A stretch of 63,080 nucleotides of DNA, counting the filler, from Octopus bimaculoides (taxonomy: Eukaryota): assembly GCF_001194135.2 (NCBI RefSeq). It is 9 parts of 9 records of this genome, joined end to end, with 100 filler letters (N's around TTAATTAATTAA, not from the genome) between each part and the next. Parts side by side here need not be neighbours in the genome. Positions count along the whole stretch, not along the records: positions 1 to 13,094 come from NC_068987.1; 8 more parts are not named here. One strand, written 5' to 3'. A program made the position numbers and the translations under genes. The notes under the pieces were generated by a model. It did not search any database. It was not told the origin of the DNA and saw nothing but the letters and a program-made list of their open reading frames with translations. Positions 1-11,096 of the stretch are shown here, piece by piece (within the stretch, counting starts at the first letter, position 1; every line of letters starts with the position of its first letter).

Positions 1-35
<35 letters not shown>

Positions 36-66
36 ATAATCTATCTATCTATCTATACTTATATAT

Positions 67-421
67 AAAAGAGACCACTAAGTGGTCTGTTAATGTGCTA
101 GAAAAAGATCACTTAAAAAAGAAAGATTCAGCGGAGCAAAAACAGGCGGGCGAGACCAGTGAAAATTATAAATACCTCGGTTATCTGTAGACCATGGTTT
201 CAAAATCAACACTTTCCAACGAAAGTATCTGTTTATCATCAGTACAGACGGCCAATATTATTATAATCGAATAGAATCTCATGCTAGTTGTCTCCAACAA
301 GTGAAAATGCGCACATGATTCTATCAATTATAAAGAGTAAAATTCAAAAGTCTTAGTCTTTGAGAATTTTTTTAGTGATCTTTTTCTAACACAGTAACAG
401 ACCACTTTAGTGGTCTCTTTT
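67..421. mobile_element. MITE-like non-autonomous DNA transposon with ~54-bp imperfect TIRs
   Basis: Left arm aaaagagaccactaagtggtctgttaatgtgctagaaaaagatcacttaaaaaa (67-120) matches the reverse complement of 368-421 with few mismatches. The ~245-bp interior is non-coding. Confidence 0.8.
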
Positions 422-625
422 AGATACACAAGTACTATAATCCTTTTAGGATCTCGGAAAATTTTTTTATGAACCTTCTGATTCTTTTAATGTGCTGGTT
501 TCCTGGTATTAAATTGATATTAATTAATATCAAATTTTTACCCTATTATGTTAATTATCTATACATATATATATATATATATATATATATGTATACATAT
601 CTATATCTATATATATGTGTGTGTT

Positions 626-662
<37 letters not shown>

Positions 663-1089
663 ATGAACAATAAATTAAATAGAGAGATTCAATTGACAAT
701 CCAATAATTTTTTTATATCATAATATAACATAATATACCATGAATATAATATAACATAAAAAATCATTAAAAACCCAAAAGAGCCAACAATTTGTTTCGA
801 CTTATATACATTATCTGATTTATAAACAACTCGTATCCACTTATATAAGTCCCTTCAGAGCTTTGGTTTATAGACAAACGAAATTCTGTGTGAAGGACAG
901 CTGGATTGTAAAAAAATTAATTCAAATGCCTATTTATTGTGAGCTTGAGCGTTAACTTTTCAACTACATAATAATTAGAAAACCAACAAAATTAAAATGG
1001 ACAAAATAATTAAGTAAATAGAATCTACAACTATTGAAATATATTTCTATATATTTCAAATAATATTAATCCAAATTTGTTTAGCAAGA

Positions 1090-1301
1090 AACTTTATTTC
1101 ACTCAGTTCACAATGAGTTGCGACATCACAAGTGCTAAGCTGTATTGGGCCCCTTTACCTTTCCCTTGGTGGCATGGAGAGGAGAGGCCGGTATGCATGG
1201 GCGACTGCTGGTCTTCCATAAACAACCTTGCCCGGACTTGTGCCTGGAAGGGTAACTTTCTAGGTGCAATTCCATGGTCAGTCATGACCGAAGGGAGTCT
1301 C
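1090..1301. repeat. Interspersed repeat fragment (unassigned octopus-type family)
   Basis: GC-richer block (gagttgcgacatcac...atgggcgactgctggtcttccataaacaaccttgcccggacttgtgcc...gaccgaaggg) in AT-rich flanks. It resembles an abundant octopus repeat from memory; there is no second copy in the window. Confidence 0.45.
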
Positions 1302-2109
1302 AGCAAATATATATAGGTATATGATAGGATTGTTTAAACATTCAAGGGGTAGGCTGAAGTGTTTAAGCAACCAGGGGATATTTAAATCCGAAGGCATTTA
1401 AGATATATATATATATATTAATGATGATGATTTAAATCTTCATTAGCCTTCCTTCCACTGTGAAACCTATCTGTACTTCCAGCCATAGCTTGGCCCCTCA
1501 TGCCCATCTACCCACCTTTACACCCATTGTCAGCCACCCTAGATATCCTTCTTCAGCAGCCCTCCTTCCACTACCACTTCAGAAATCTATCGCCCTTCTT
1601 CCCTCTGTCCCTCCTTCCCCCACTTCTGTCTGTTGGCCTCCAGCTCTTTCTGTCACTCCTGTAATGTGCTTGTGTAGATACACACATATACTCCCACGAA
1701 CACATATAAAGGTGTGTGGAAGTGTGTGCATTATACACACATACTTACACGTACACACACATCCTAAGGGCTGTGAACTTAACTAATTACATGAATGCTA
1801 TAGTTTCATCTTATCGGTTCATTGTTTCGCGTGTTTCTGAAAGATAGGTTATATCTGCAGTGACATTTTGGCTACATGAAGACTAAATAGAATTTTTGAT
1901 GGACTCAGTTCCATGGCATATGACCCTTTCAGCACTGCTTGCTCTCTTGAATGAAAGCCGTTTCCTGTTCACTGCTTTAATTCCATTTTCAAAGATACAC
2001 TTCCGCTAGTTATCTTGTTCGTCGTCATTGCCAAACACCTTCTAATAGTAGTCGTTTGTTTTATTGATAAAAAGACACCGAAAGATACGAAATGCGAAAT
2101 CCATTTTAC

Positions 2110-2330
2110 TCCGTTATATTTTGCGTCTTTCAGTCATTTGACTGCGATCATGCTAGAGCACCGCCCTGAAATGTTTTCGTCGTCGAACAGATCGCAAAAC
2201 CACCAACCACAGTACTTACAGTTTCAAAGTTTTGTACATGTTCTTTTGATTGAGTCAAGGAACGTAAACAAACCAATACTGGTTGTCAAGTAATAAGGAG
2301 ACAAACGCGTGTGGATGTATGTACACACAT
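2110..2330 (-). mobile_element. SINE family A (OR/OK-like), degenerate 3' half
   Basis: Tail motif ttcagtcatttgactgcgatcatgctagagcaccgcc, shared with the copies at 15018 and 18575. Confidence 0.75.
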
Positions 2331-2453
2331 TCACATACACACACGTGTATATAGTTCAAATTTACAGAAAACAAAGCACGAAGACAGATGAGAATACATA
2401 CATATATATATATATATATCATCGTTTTAATGTCCACTTTTCCATGCTTGCAT

Positions 2454-2821
2454 GCTGTTGGCACTCCGTCACTTACGACGTCGAGGGTTCCAGTTGATCC
2501 TATCAACGAAATAACCTGCTGGTGAAATTAACGTGCAAGTGGCTGAGCACTCCACAGACACGTGTACCCTTAACGAAGTTCTCGGGGATATTCAGCGTGA
2601 CACAGTGTGACAAGGCTGGCCCTTTGAAATACAGGTATAACAGAAACAGGAAGAAAGAGTGAGAGAAAGTTGTGGTGAAAGAATACAGCAGGGTTCACCA
2701 CCATCCCCTGCCGGAGTCTCGTGGAGCTTTAGGCGTTTTCGCTCAATAAACACTCACAATGTCCGGTCTGGGAATCGAAACCGCGAGTCTGCTGCCCTAA
2801 CCACTGGGCCATTGCGCCTCC
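2454..2821 (-). mobile_element. tRNA-derived SINE family C, near full length, inserted into an RTE 3' end
   Basis: The minus-strand head GGAGGCGCAATGGCCCAGTGGTTAGGGCAGC has a Pol III A box and a GTTTCGATTCC B-box-like motif. Flanked by atgcttgcat at 2444-2453 and 2827-2836 (TSD). Confidence 0.8.
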
Positions 2822-3722
2822 ACCGTATGCTTGCATATGTCAGACAGAATTTGTTGAGTTAGNNNNNNNNNNNNNNNNNNNNNNNNNNNNNNNNNNNNNN
2901 NNNNNNNNNNNNNNNNNNNNNNNNNNNNNNNNNNNNNNNNNNNNNNNNNNNNNNNNNNNNNNNNNNNNNNNNNNNNNNNNNNNNNNNNNNNNNNNNNNNN
3001 NNNNNNNNNNNNNNNNNNNNNNNNNNNNNNNNNNNNNNNNNNNNNNNNNNNNNNNNNNNNNNNNNNNNNNNNNNNNNNNNNNNNNNNNNNNNNNNNNNNN
3101 NNNNNNNNNNNNNNNNNNNNNNNNNNNNNNNNNNNNNNNNNNNNNNNNNNNNNNNNNNNNNNNNNNNNNNNNNNNNNNNNNNNNNNNNNNNNNNNNNNNN
3201 NNNNNNNNNNNNNNNNNNNNNNNNNNNNNNNNNNNNNNNNNNNNNNNNNNNNNNNNNNNNNNNNNNNNNNNNNNNNNNNNNNNNNNNNNNNNNNNNNNNN
3301 NNNNNNNNNNNNNNNNNNNNNNNNNNNNNNNNNNNNNNNNNNNNNNNNNNNNNNNNNNNNNNNNNNNNNNNNNNNNNNNNNNNNNNNNNNNNNNNNNNNN
3401 NNNNNNNNNNNNNNNNNNNNNNNNNNNNNNNNNNNNNNNNNNNNNNNNNNNNNNNNNNNNNNNNNNNNNNNNNNNNNNNNNNNNNNNNNNNNNNNNNNNN
3501 NNNNNNNNNNNNNNNNNNNNNNNNNNNNNNNNNNNNNNNNNNNNNNNNNNNNNNNNNNNNNNNNNNNNNNNNNNNNNNNNNNNNNNNNNNNNNNNNNNNN
3601 NNNNNNNNNNNNNNNNNNNNNNNNNNNNNNNNNNNNNNNNNNNNNNNNNNNNNNNNNNNNNNNNNNNNNNNNNNNNNNNNNNNNNNNNNNNNNNNNNNNN
3701 NNNNNNNNNNNNNNNNNNNNNN

Positions 3723-3759
<37 letters not shown>

Positions 3760-3767
<8 letters not shown>

Positions 3768-4050
3768 CTGTGTTTGTCCCCCCAACATCGCTTGACAACC
3801 GATGCTGGTACGTTTACGTCCCCGTAACGTAGCGGTTCGGCAAAACAGACCGATAGAATAAGTACTAGGCTTCCAAAGAATAAGTCCTGGGGTCGATTTG
3901 CTCGACTAAAAGGCGGTGCTCCAGCATGGCCGCAGTCAAAAAGACTGAAACAAGTAAAAGAGTAAAGAGAATCAATCCATTCGACTAAAAGTCTTCAAGG
4001 CAGTATCCCAGCATGGCCATAATCTAATGACTGAAACATGTAAAAGAAAG
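3760..4050 (+). mobile_element. SINE family A 3' half plus a second degenerate tail
   Basis: cccccaacatcgcttgacaaccgatgctgg...ggcggtgctccagcatggccgcagtcaaaagactgaaacaagtaaaagagtaaaga, then a second tail-like copy at ~3975-4050. Confidence 0.85.
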
Positions 4051-5149
4051 AATCTAAGACGGTTTATTAGCAGAACGTTAATATTTACTTAGGGGCTTCA
4101 AAATAATTACAATAAACTGACCTGAAGTTATGACAGTGATGTTTGATACTTTCATGTAAACAATCTATGTCACAAATAATCATTTTATAGAACGTGAATC
4201 GACAGGAACAACGCCACTGCTCCCTTTAGCATTTTTCATTACAGCTCAGTAGTTGTGCGAAGTTATTGCATTTCTCACATTTAAGTGTTGTAAGAACGTC
4301 AGATTGGACACAATGTGGTATTTGTTTCAGCTTTTTGCGTCCTCTGTTGAAATCCCGCCATATCCTGCAAGGTCGGTAAGAATTAAAACCGTCATCTGAT
4401 TTAAGACCAACGCCAAACACCTTGGGAGTCGTTAGCGGAGTCCACTCTGTTGCAAGCATTCAGGCTAGGTTTCCGGTTTCAGGATTCCTTACTCTTCCTC
4501 CGTCCCACTTGTCTCTGAGGCTCTTTAATAGTTCATTGAGTCGGCCTTTCTTTCTGACTAATAGAATAAAATAAATATCCGTCTCTATATAGCATCTTAG
4601 AATGTGAATGGAATTATAATGGACTAGGAGTAAAAAAAAAAAAGAGAAAAAAAATTACTGTAAATGCAATTAAATACTTTTAGCCAGCCAATGTTTTGTT
4701 GTTTTAAGCTTTTTCCGATGAGATTTTTCTAACGCAAAGCTTTGTTTGGTTGTATGTGTGTGTGTGTGTGTGTGTATGAAAGATTTAGTCAATTTAATCG
4801 ACGGTGAAAATTATTTTATCGACTTTGCAGCTGACGGCGGGTGGGCTGAGGCGAATTACGAGTGCATAAGAAAGATACTATTGGGAGCGTAAATATGATG
4901 AGAAAATAATAAATTTTTAATTTTACAAATTCATAGACAGGCAGCCCTATATTAAACAGTTGATCTTTTAGTTTTAAGGCTAAAAACGTTTTCTTCTTTA
5001 TTTTTTTAACTTTCTCATTTGGCTTTTTCGAGACTTTGTTAGCGGGTAGTTTTTTTTTTTAAATTTGAATGCAGACGAGCTGGCTTTCTACTCCTGGCTT
5101 ACGTGGTCTTTTGGCTTGCCAAAATTAGCAATCTAGATCTACCACAAAT

Positions 5150-5300
5150 CACACACATCCGGTGTTGGTGTGTTTACGTCCTCGTAACTTAGCGATTCGG
5201 CAATAGAGATTAAAAGAATAAGTACTAAGCTTCAAAAAATACGCCAAGGCGGTGCCCCAGCATGGTCTCAGTCAAATGACTGAAACATAAAAAAGTTAAA
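5150..5300 (+). mobile_element. SINE family A 3' fragment
   Basis: ggtgtgtttacgtcctcgtaacttagcgattcggc...ggcggtgccccagcatggtctcagtcaaatgactgaaac. Confidence 0.75.
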
Positions 5301-6446
5301 AGGTATAGCTTTTCTTAGAGACTACCATCTACTGTAGTACAAGCCAACAGAACCTTTTTACGTTAGTAGATGTTAAACAGTGTGCTGTGATTAAATGGTA
5401 TGTCGCAAAGGTACCGCGTATTTTTAAGAATACAATTTAAGGTTTCATAAAATTCATATTTTATTGCTTGCTTGATCGCCCTGTCTTGGTCTACGCTTGT
5501 CCGAAGACCACAGCTAGTTAGAGGGACGAGCTATAGAAAGATACGACAATTAAACAACTACACTTGCTCACAGTCAAGGAATCCATGACGAATGTCGCAG
5601 CCCCAGTGAATGTCTGCGCATCATTAGCCGCGACATCTCGTGCCTTCAGTAAAGAAGGACCCATGGAACTCATATTTTCCACAGGGAGATGAAAACTGGA
5701 GCAAGACACGAAGACGATGCGCGCATTTGTTACCACTGCCTGACGTTTCAAATGTAGCTTTTTCTCAGCTCATTTCTAAGTGACATTGGCCACCCAGATC
5801 ACAACTTTGCCCCAGTTACTACTCGTCTGGAGGTGAGAACTGATCCCAAACCGTGCCCTGTGATGTTAACCAGTATGGAAATAGCTGAGTTTCTAACAAT
5901 GATTTCTTTTATTTGCCTTAAGGGCGACGAACGCAGAGAACATGACAAAGATAAAAGCAACTTCATTATTTTATAACATTCAAATGGTTTCAAATTTGGC
6001 ACAGACAAGCAATTTTAGAGGAAGGAATTAGTCGATTACATCAACTCTGTTGTTGACTGGTATTTATTTTATCAACCCGGAAAGAATGAAAGACAAAGTT
6101 GAGCTTAGAATATAAAGAGCCAGAAGAAATGCTGCTTAGTATTTTGTCTGAAGTCCTAACGATTCTGCCAGCTGAACATCTTAATAACAATTATGATCGT
6201 TTCTATGGCGGTGAGCTGGCATTTCGTCCGCTTTAACGTTCTGAGTTCAAATTTCACCGAGGTCGTCTTTGCCTGTGATCCTTTCCAGAGCCATAAAATA
6301 AGTACTTAATCCCCACCCTACCCTCAAAATTGCTGGTCTTGTATCAAAATTTGAAGGAAATAATTTTGATTGTTTCTTTGACACAAGATCAACAATTTTT
6401 AGGGGAGGGTAAGTCGATTACGTGGATATCAACTGATACTAATTTT

Positions 6447-6688
6447 GGTAATTTTTCAGATTAACACCCGCACGATTTTCACTAGAGTGTTAGGGTTGGG
6501 GTTTAGGGTTAGGGTTAGGATTACGGTTAGTGTTACGGTTTTAGGGTCAGGGTTAGGGTGTTAGGGTTAGAGTTAGGATTACGGTTTTAGGGTCAGGGTT
6601 AGGGCTTTAGCATTAGGGTTAGAGTTTAGGGTTAGGTTTAGGGTTTTAGGGTTATGTAATCGTGCGGGTATTAATCTGAAAAATTACC
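6447..6688. mobile_element. Non-autonomous TIR element (Merlin- or hAT-like) filled with degenerate TTAGGG repeats
   Basis: 31-bp TIRs at 6447-6477 and 6658-6688 (1 mismatch) beginning GGTAA. 8-bp TSD ctaatttt at 6439-6446 and 6689-6696. The host SINE sequence resumes after the TSD. Confidence 0.88.
6488..6653 (+). repeat. Degenerate interstitial telomere-like (TTAGGG)n array
   Basis: ttagggttagggttaggattacggttagtgttacgg...; includes a repeated ~45-bp higher-order unit (ttaggattacggttttagggtcagggttaggg). Confidence 0.9.
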
Positions 6689-7208
6689 CTAATTTTATCG
6701 ACCCCGAAAGTATAAAAGGTTACGTCGACCTTGGCGAGATTTGAGCTCAGGACGTAAAGAGCTGGAAGGCAATCTGCTAAGCCTTTTATCCAACATCTTA
6801 AGGATTCTGCAAGCTCGACGCCATAATAATAATTATAATAATGTTTTCAAATTTTGGTACAAGGCCAGTAATTCGAGAGGAATAGGCAAGCCGATTACAT
6901 CGACCCTAATATTTAACTGGTTCTTATTTTATCAACCCCGAAAGGATGAAAAGTAAAGTTGACCTCGGCGGAATTTGAACGCAGAACGTAATGACGGACG
7001 AAATGGCGCTACGCATTTTGCCTGGCGGGCTAACGATTCTGCCAGCTCGCCGCCTATGATGGTGATGGTGATAATGGTGGTGGTGGTGGTGGTGGTGGTG
7101 GCGGTGGTTGTTGTTGTTTTCATAATAAAACAAAATATTTCTTTTGTGCTTTAGATATTTCGAGAAATTAATGCAATTAAATTCCAAGAGAGCGCTTTAT
7201 GCATATAC

Positions 7209-7244
<36 letters not shown>

Positions 7245-7417
7245 CGTGTGCGTTTCCGCTGTTACGGTGTTTAGAACTTCGGGCACGTAAAAGAATCTTT
7301 TTCGGTTGCAGAATTTTAACTGAACTTAAACAAATCAGCGTGTTTAATCAATTATTTGTTGAAATACACATTTTAGATCGCTACATGCATTTTTAAAAGT
7401 GCTTATTTGTCTTAATA

Positions 7418-7454
<37 letters not shown>

Positions 7455-7636
7455 AATAAACGCACACATATACATATACTAATGTGTTTGTGTGCGTGTG
7501 TGTGCGCGCGCGCATACATAATCTTTTACTGAAATTACAACATATGTATGTATATATATATATATATGTATGTATATATATATATATATATGTATGTATA
7601 TATATATATGCATGTATATATATATATATATGTATG

Positions 7637-7668
<32 letters not shown>

Positions 7669-8546
7669 NNNNNNNNNNNNNNNNNNNNNNNNNNNNNNNN
7701 NNNNNNNNNNNNNNNNNNNNNNNNNNNNNNNNNNNNNNNNNNNNNNNNNNNNNNNNNNNNNNNNNNNNNNNNNNNNNNNNNNNNNNNNNNNNNNNNNNNN
7801 NNNNNNNNNNNNNNNNNNNNNNNNNNNNNNNNNNNNNNNNNNNNNNNNNNNNNNNNNNNNNNNNNNNNNNNNNNNNNNNNNNNNNNNNNNNNNNNNNNNN
7901 NNNNNNNNNNNNNNNNNNNNNNNNNNNNNNNNNNNNNNNNNNNNNNNNNNNNNNNNNNNNNNNNNNNNNNNNNNNNNNNNNNNNNNNNNNNNNNNNNNNN
8001 NNNNNNNNNNNNNNNNNNNNNNNNNNNNNNNNNNNNNNNNNNNNNNNNNNNNNNNNNNNNNNNNNNNNNNNNNNNNNNNNNNNNNNNNNNNNNNNNNNNN
8101 NNNNNNNNNNNNNNNNNNNNNNNNNNNNNNNNNNNNNNNNNNNNNNNNNNNNNNNNNNNNNNNNNNNNNNNNNNNNNNNNNNNNNNNNNNNNNNNNNNNN
8201 NNNNNNNNNNNNNNNNNNNNNNNNNNNNNNNNNNNNNNNNNNNNNNNNNNNNNNNNNNNNNNNNNNNNNNNNNNNNNNNNNNNNNNNNNNNNNNNNNNNN
8301 NNNNNNNNNNNNNNNNNNNNNNNNNNNNNNNNNNNNNNNNNNNNNNNNNNNNNNNNNNNNNNNNNNNNNNNNNNNNNNNNNNNNNNNNNNNNNNNNNNNN
8401 NNNNNNNNNNNNNNNNNNNNNNNNNNNNNNNNNNNNNNNNNNNNNNNNNNNNNNNNNNNNNNNNNNNNNNNNNNNNNNNNNNNNNNNNNNNNNNNNNNNN
8501 NNNNNNNNNNNNNNNNNNNNNNNNNNNNNNNNNNNNNNNNNNNNNN

Positions 8547-8590
<44 letters not shown>

Positions 8591-8618
8591 TACACGCATA
8601 TCTACACATAATATACAT

Positions 8619-8649
<31 letters not shown>

Positions 8650-9319
8650 ATCTGTTTTTCTGTTTGCTTTAGGCTAATCAGCGAATTATGTAAAAATATG
8701 GTTGCTATTGATGCTGCCGTTATTGTTGTTAATGGTGATGATGATGATAATAATGATGATGATGATGCTCTTCACGGAGCAGTTTTATTTTATATTCTCT
8801 GATTATGAAACATTCGAGCAAACACGTGTCGGAATGTTGCACGTAAAACCCTTTTCTTCTTCTTCTTGGAATCTCGTATCATACAAACACAACTATATCA
8901 TTAGAAAAATTAGCACCTCTCCTACATTCTCTCTAGATTTCTCTTTTCGCTCTCTTTCTGTTTCTCGACTTCTTTTGCTTCCACTTCCGCCTCCCCTCTT
9001 CCTCCTCTTCCTTCCCTCCTTCTCTTTATCTCCCTTCTTCCTTCATCATCATCATTATCAGCAGCAGCGTTTCAGTACAGCAGAGGGACATCTGCCATCT
9101 TTAGGTGTTCATGGTTTCTGGTGCTCCGCCGAAAATGTTGCTTTCCATTCCCGCATCTCTACCTTAATGTGATGAAATCATATTATTCATAAGGTTCATG
9201 GATGTTTTGTACCCCGGTGCTGTAGCACCCGGTAACACATTATCTTAAAATAACACTCTCACGTCTACGACAGAAAGGTTCAAACAGTAATCAGTCACGG
9301 AACCCGATCGGAACCGTTC

Positions 9320-9432
9320 TGATGAAAGGCAAAGTCGACCTCGGCAGAATTTGAACTCAGAACGCAGTGGCAGACGAAATACCGCTAAGAATTTCACCTG
9401 GCGTGCTAACGTTTCTGCCAGCTCGCCGCTTT
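9320..9432 (-). mobile_element. SINE family B 5' part
   Basis: gatgaaaggcaaagtcgacctcggcagaatttgaactcagaacg...gctaacgtttctgccagctcgccgc. Confidence 0.8.
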
Positions 9433-10661
9433 GAAGAAAGAAACTATATTAGTTCTCTATCCCCAAATCATGTCTGCCAGTGTCATACACTGCTTAACTT
9501 CAATTAAATTTATTGGCGAGCTGTATTTCTGTTTCCACGCCTTCTTTCCGTTTTAAGTGGCACTTAAAGACCTCCAAGTACGAGACTACAACTGTTTGGT
9601 GGAAGGGCGTAGTTGACTAAAGAGATTTTTAGGACTTCACTTATACTTATNNNNNNNNNNNNNNNNNNNNNNNNNNNNNNNNNNNNNNNNNNNNNNNNNN
9701 NNNNNNNNNNNNNNNNNNNNNNNNNNNNNNNNNNNNNNNNNNNNNNNNNNNNNNNNNNNNNNNNNNNNNNNNNNNNNNNNNNNNNNNNNNNNNNNNNNNN
9801 NNNNNNNNNNNNNNNNNNNNNNNNNNNNNNNNNNNNNNNNNNNNNNNNNNNNNNNNNNNNNNNNNNNNNNNNNNNNNNNNNNNNNNNNNNNNNNNNNNNN
9901 NNNNNNNNNNNNNNNNNNNNNNNNNNNNNNNNNNNNNNNNNNNNNNNNNNNNNNNNNNNNNNNNNNNNNNNNNNNNNNNNNNNNNNNNNNNNNNNNNNNN
10001 NNNNNNNNNNNNNNNNNNNNNNNNNNNNNNNNNNNNNNNNNNNNNNNNNNNNNNNNNNNNNNNNNNNNNNNNNNNNNNNNNNNNNNNNNNNNNNNNNNNN
10101 NNNNNNNNNNNNNNNNNNNNNNNNNNNNNNNNNNNNNNNNNNNNNNNNNNNNNNNNNNNNNNNNNNNNNNNNNNNNNNNTTTTCATGCTCGACAATTCTG
10201 ATTGTGAAAATAAATGTTCCCGAAAGTCAAGGAGGCTGCGCTGTGATTTTAATTTTATTTTATTTTATTTTATTAACATATCTATAGGTTGTTAGAGATA
10301 TTGGATTCAAAAAGCTTGCCAAAGTTGTTGGAAAAGATGGTGGATGTAGATAATCTTACGGGTGTCTAGCAAGTTGGTTGCCGCTAGGCATCGAAGCTTT
10401 AGCAGTGTGTATTCCATCATGTAAATGACCGTTTTCGTAAACTCACCTGATGATAAATAATTATAATATATCGATCTTTGAAAAAGCGGTAGCTGGCTAG
10501 GCAATAAAATGACGGTTTATCAGTGGAGATTGTTGTATATTTGTGTATCCTGTCATTAGCATTGTGCTGTGTTTGTGACCAAGATAGTCAAAATTATTAC
10601 TGACCTTATCCACCTGGCCTATAAATAGGTATCAGTAGATAAGTATATGCTCATTGCTGCA

Positions 10662-10698
<37 letters not shown>

Positions 10699-11060
10699 CA
10701 GTATAGTTTAGAATTATATTTCTGCAGCCTTCTTTGAGTGCTGCCTTTCGTTATTCTTTCCATAAATTAATCTTAGAGTCATAGATACTGTCCGGCTGAC
10801 GATAGTTTTTAACCAGGACTTTCTGAATGGCACGCCTAACAGCCACGTCTCATGCGGTCCGTTTTTCGAAAAAGGTTGCTCATGCTTGGTTTATACGAAG
10901 ACTCCATTCTTCGATTCTGGTTTCATTGTAGGACAGGGTCTTTTTTTTCTGCAGTTACAAACGGTTNNNNNNNNNNNNNNNNNNNNNNNNNNNNNNNNNN
11001 NNNNNNNNNNNNNNNNNNNNNNNNNNNNNNNNNNNNNNNNNNNNNNNNNNNNNNNNNNNN

Positions 11061-11096
<36 letters not shown>

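Larger units (their letters stand above)
5985..7055. mobile_element. Cluster of four family B tRNA-derived SINEs: 5985-6175 (-), 6207-6356 (+), 6370-6820 (-, interrupted by a MITE), 6843-7055 (-, full length)
   Basis: Shared head ggcggtgagctggcagaatcgttagc, B-box-like gagttcaaattcc, and central domain gaggtcgactttgcctttcatcctttcggggtcgataaaataagtaccag. Confidence 0.85.

Noticed and set aside
2770-2821. tRNA gene call for SINE heads (also 15380-15422, 7000-7055)
   Set aside because: A/B boxes are present but no complete cloverleaf, and each continues into a repeated SINE body.
5731-5790. Hammerhead-like text on the minus strand (ctgagaa...ttgaaacgtcaggc)
   Set aside because: GAAACGTC is present, but the core is CTGAGAA and helix I does not pair; too degenerate to call.
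2797-10287. Long ORFs in the track dominated by X, IY/YI, VC or HT repeats (also 15738, 57675, 61921 etc.)
   Set aside because: They are open only because of N gaps and dinucleotide microsatellites.
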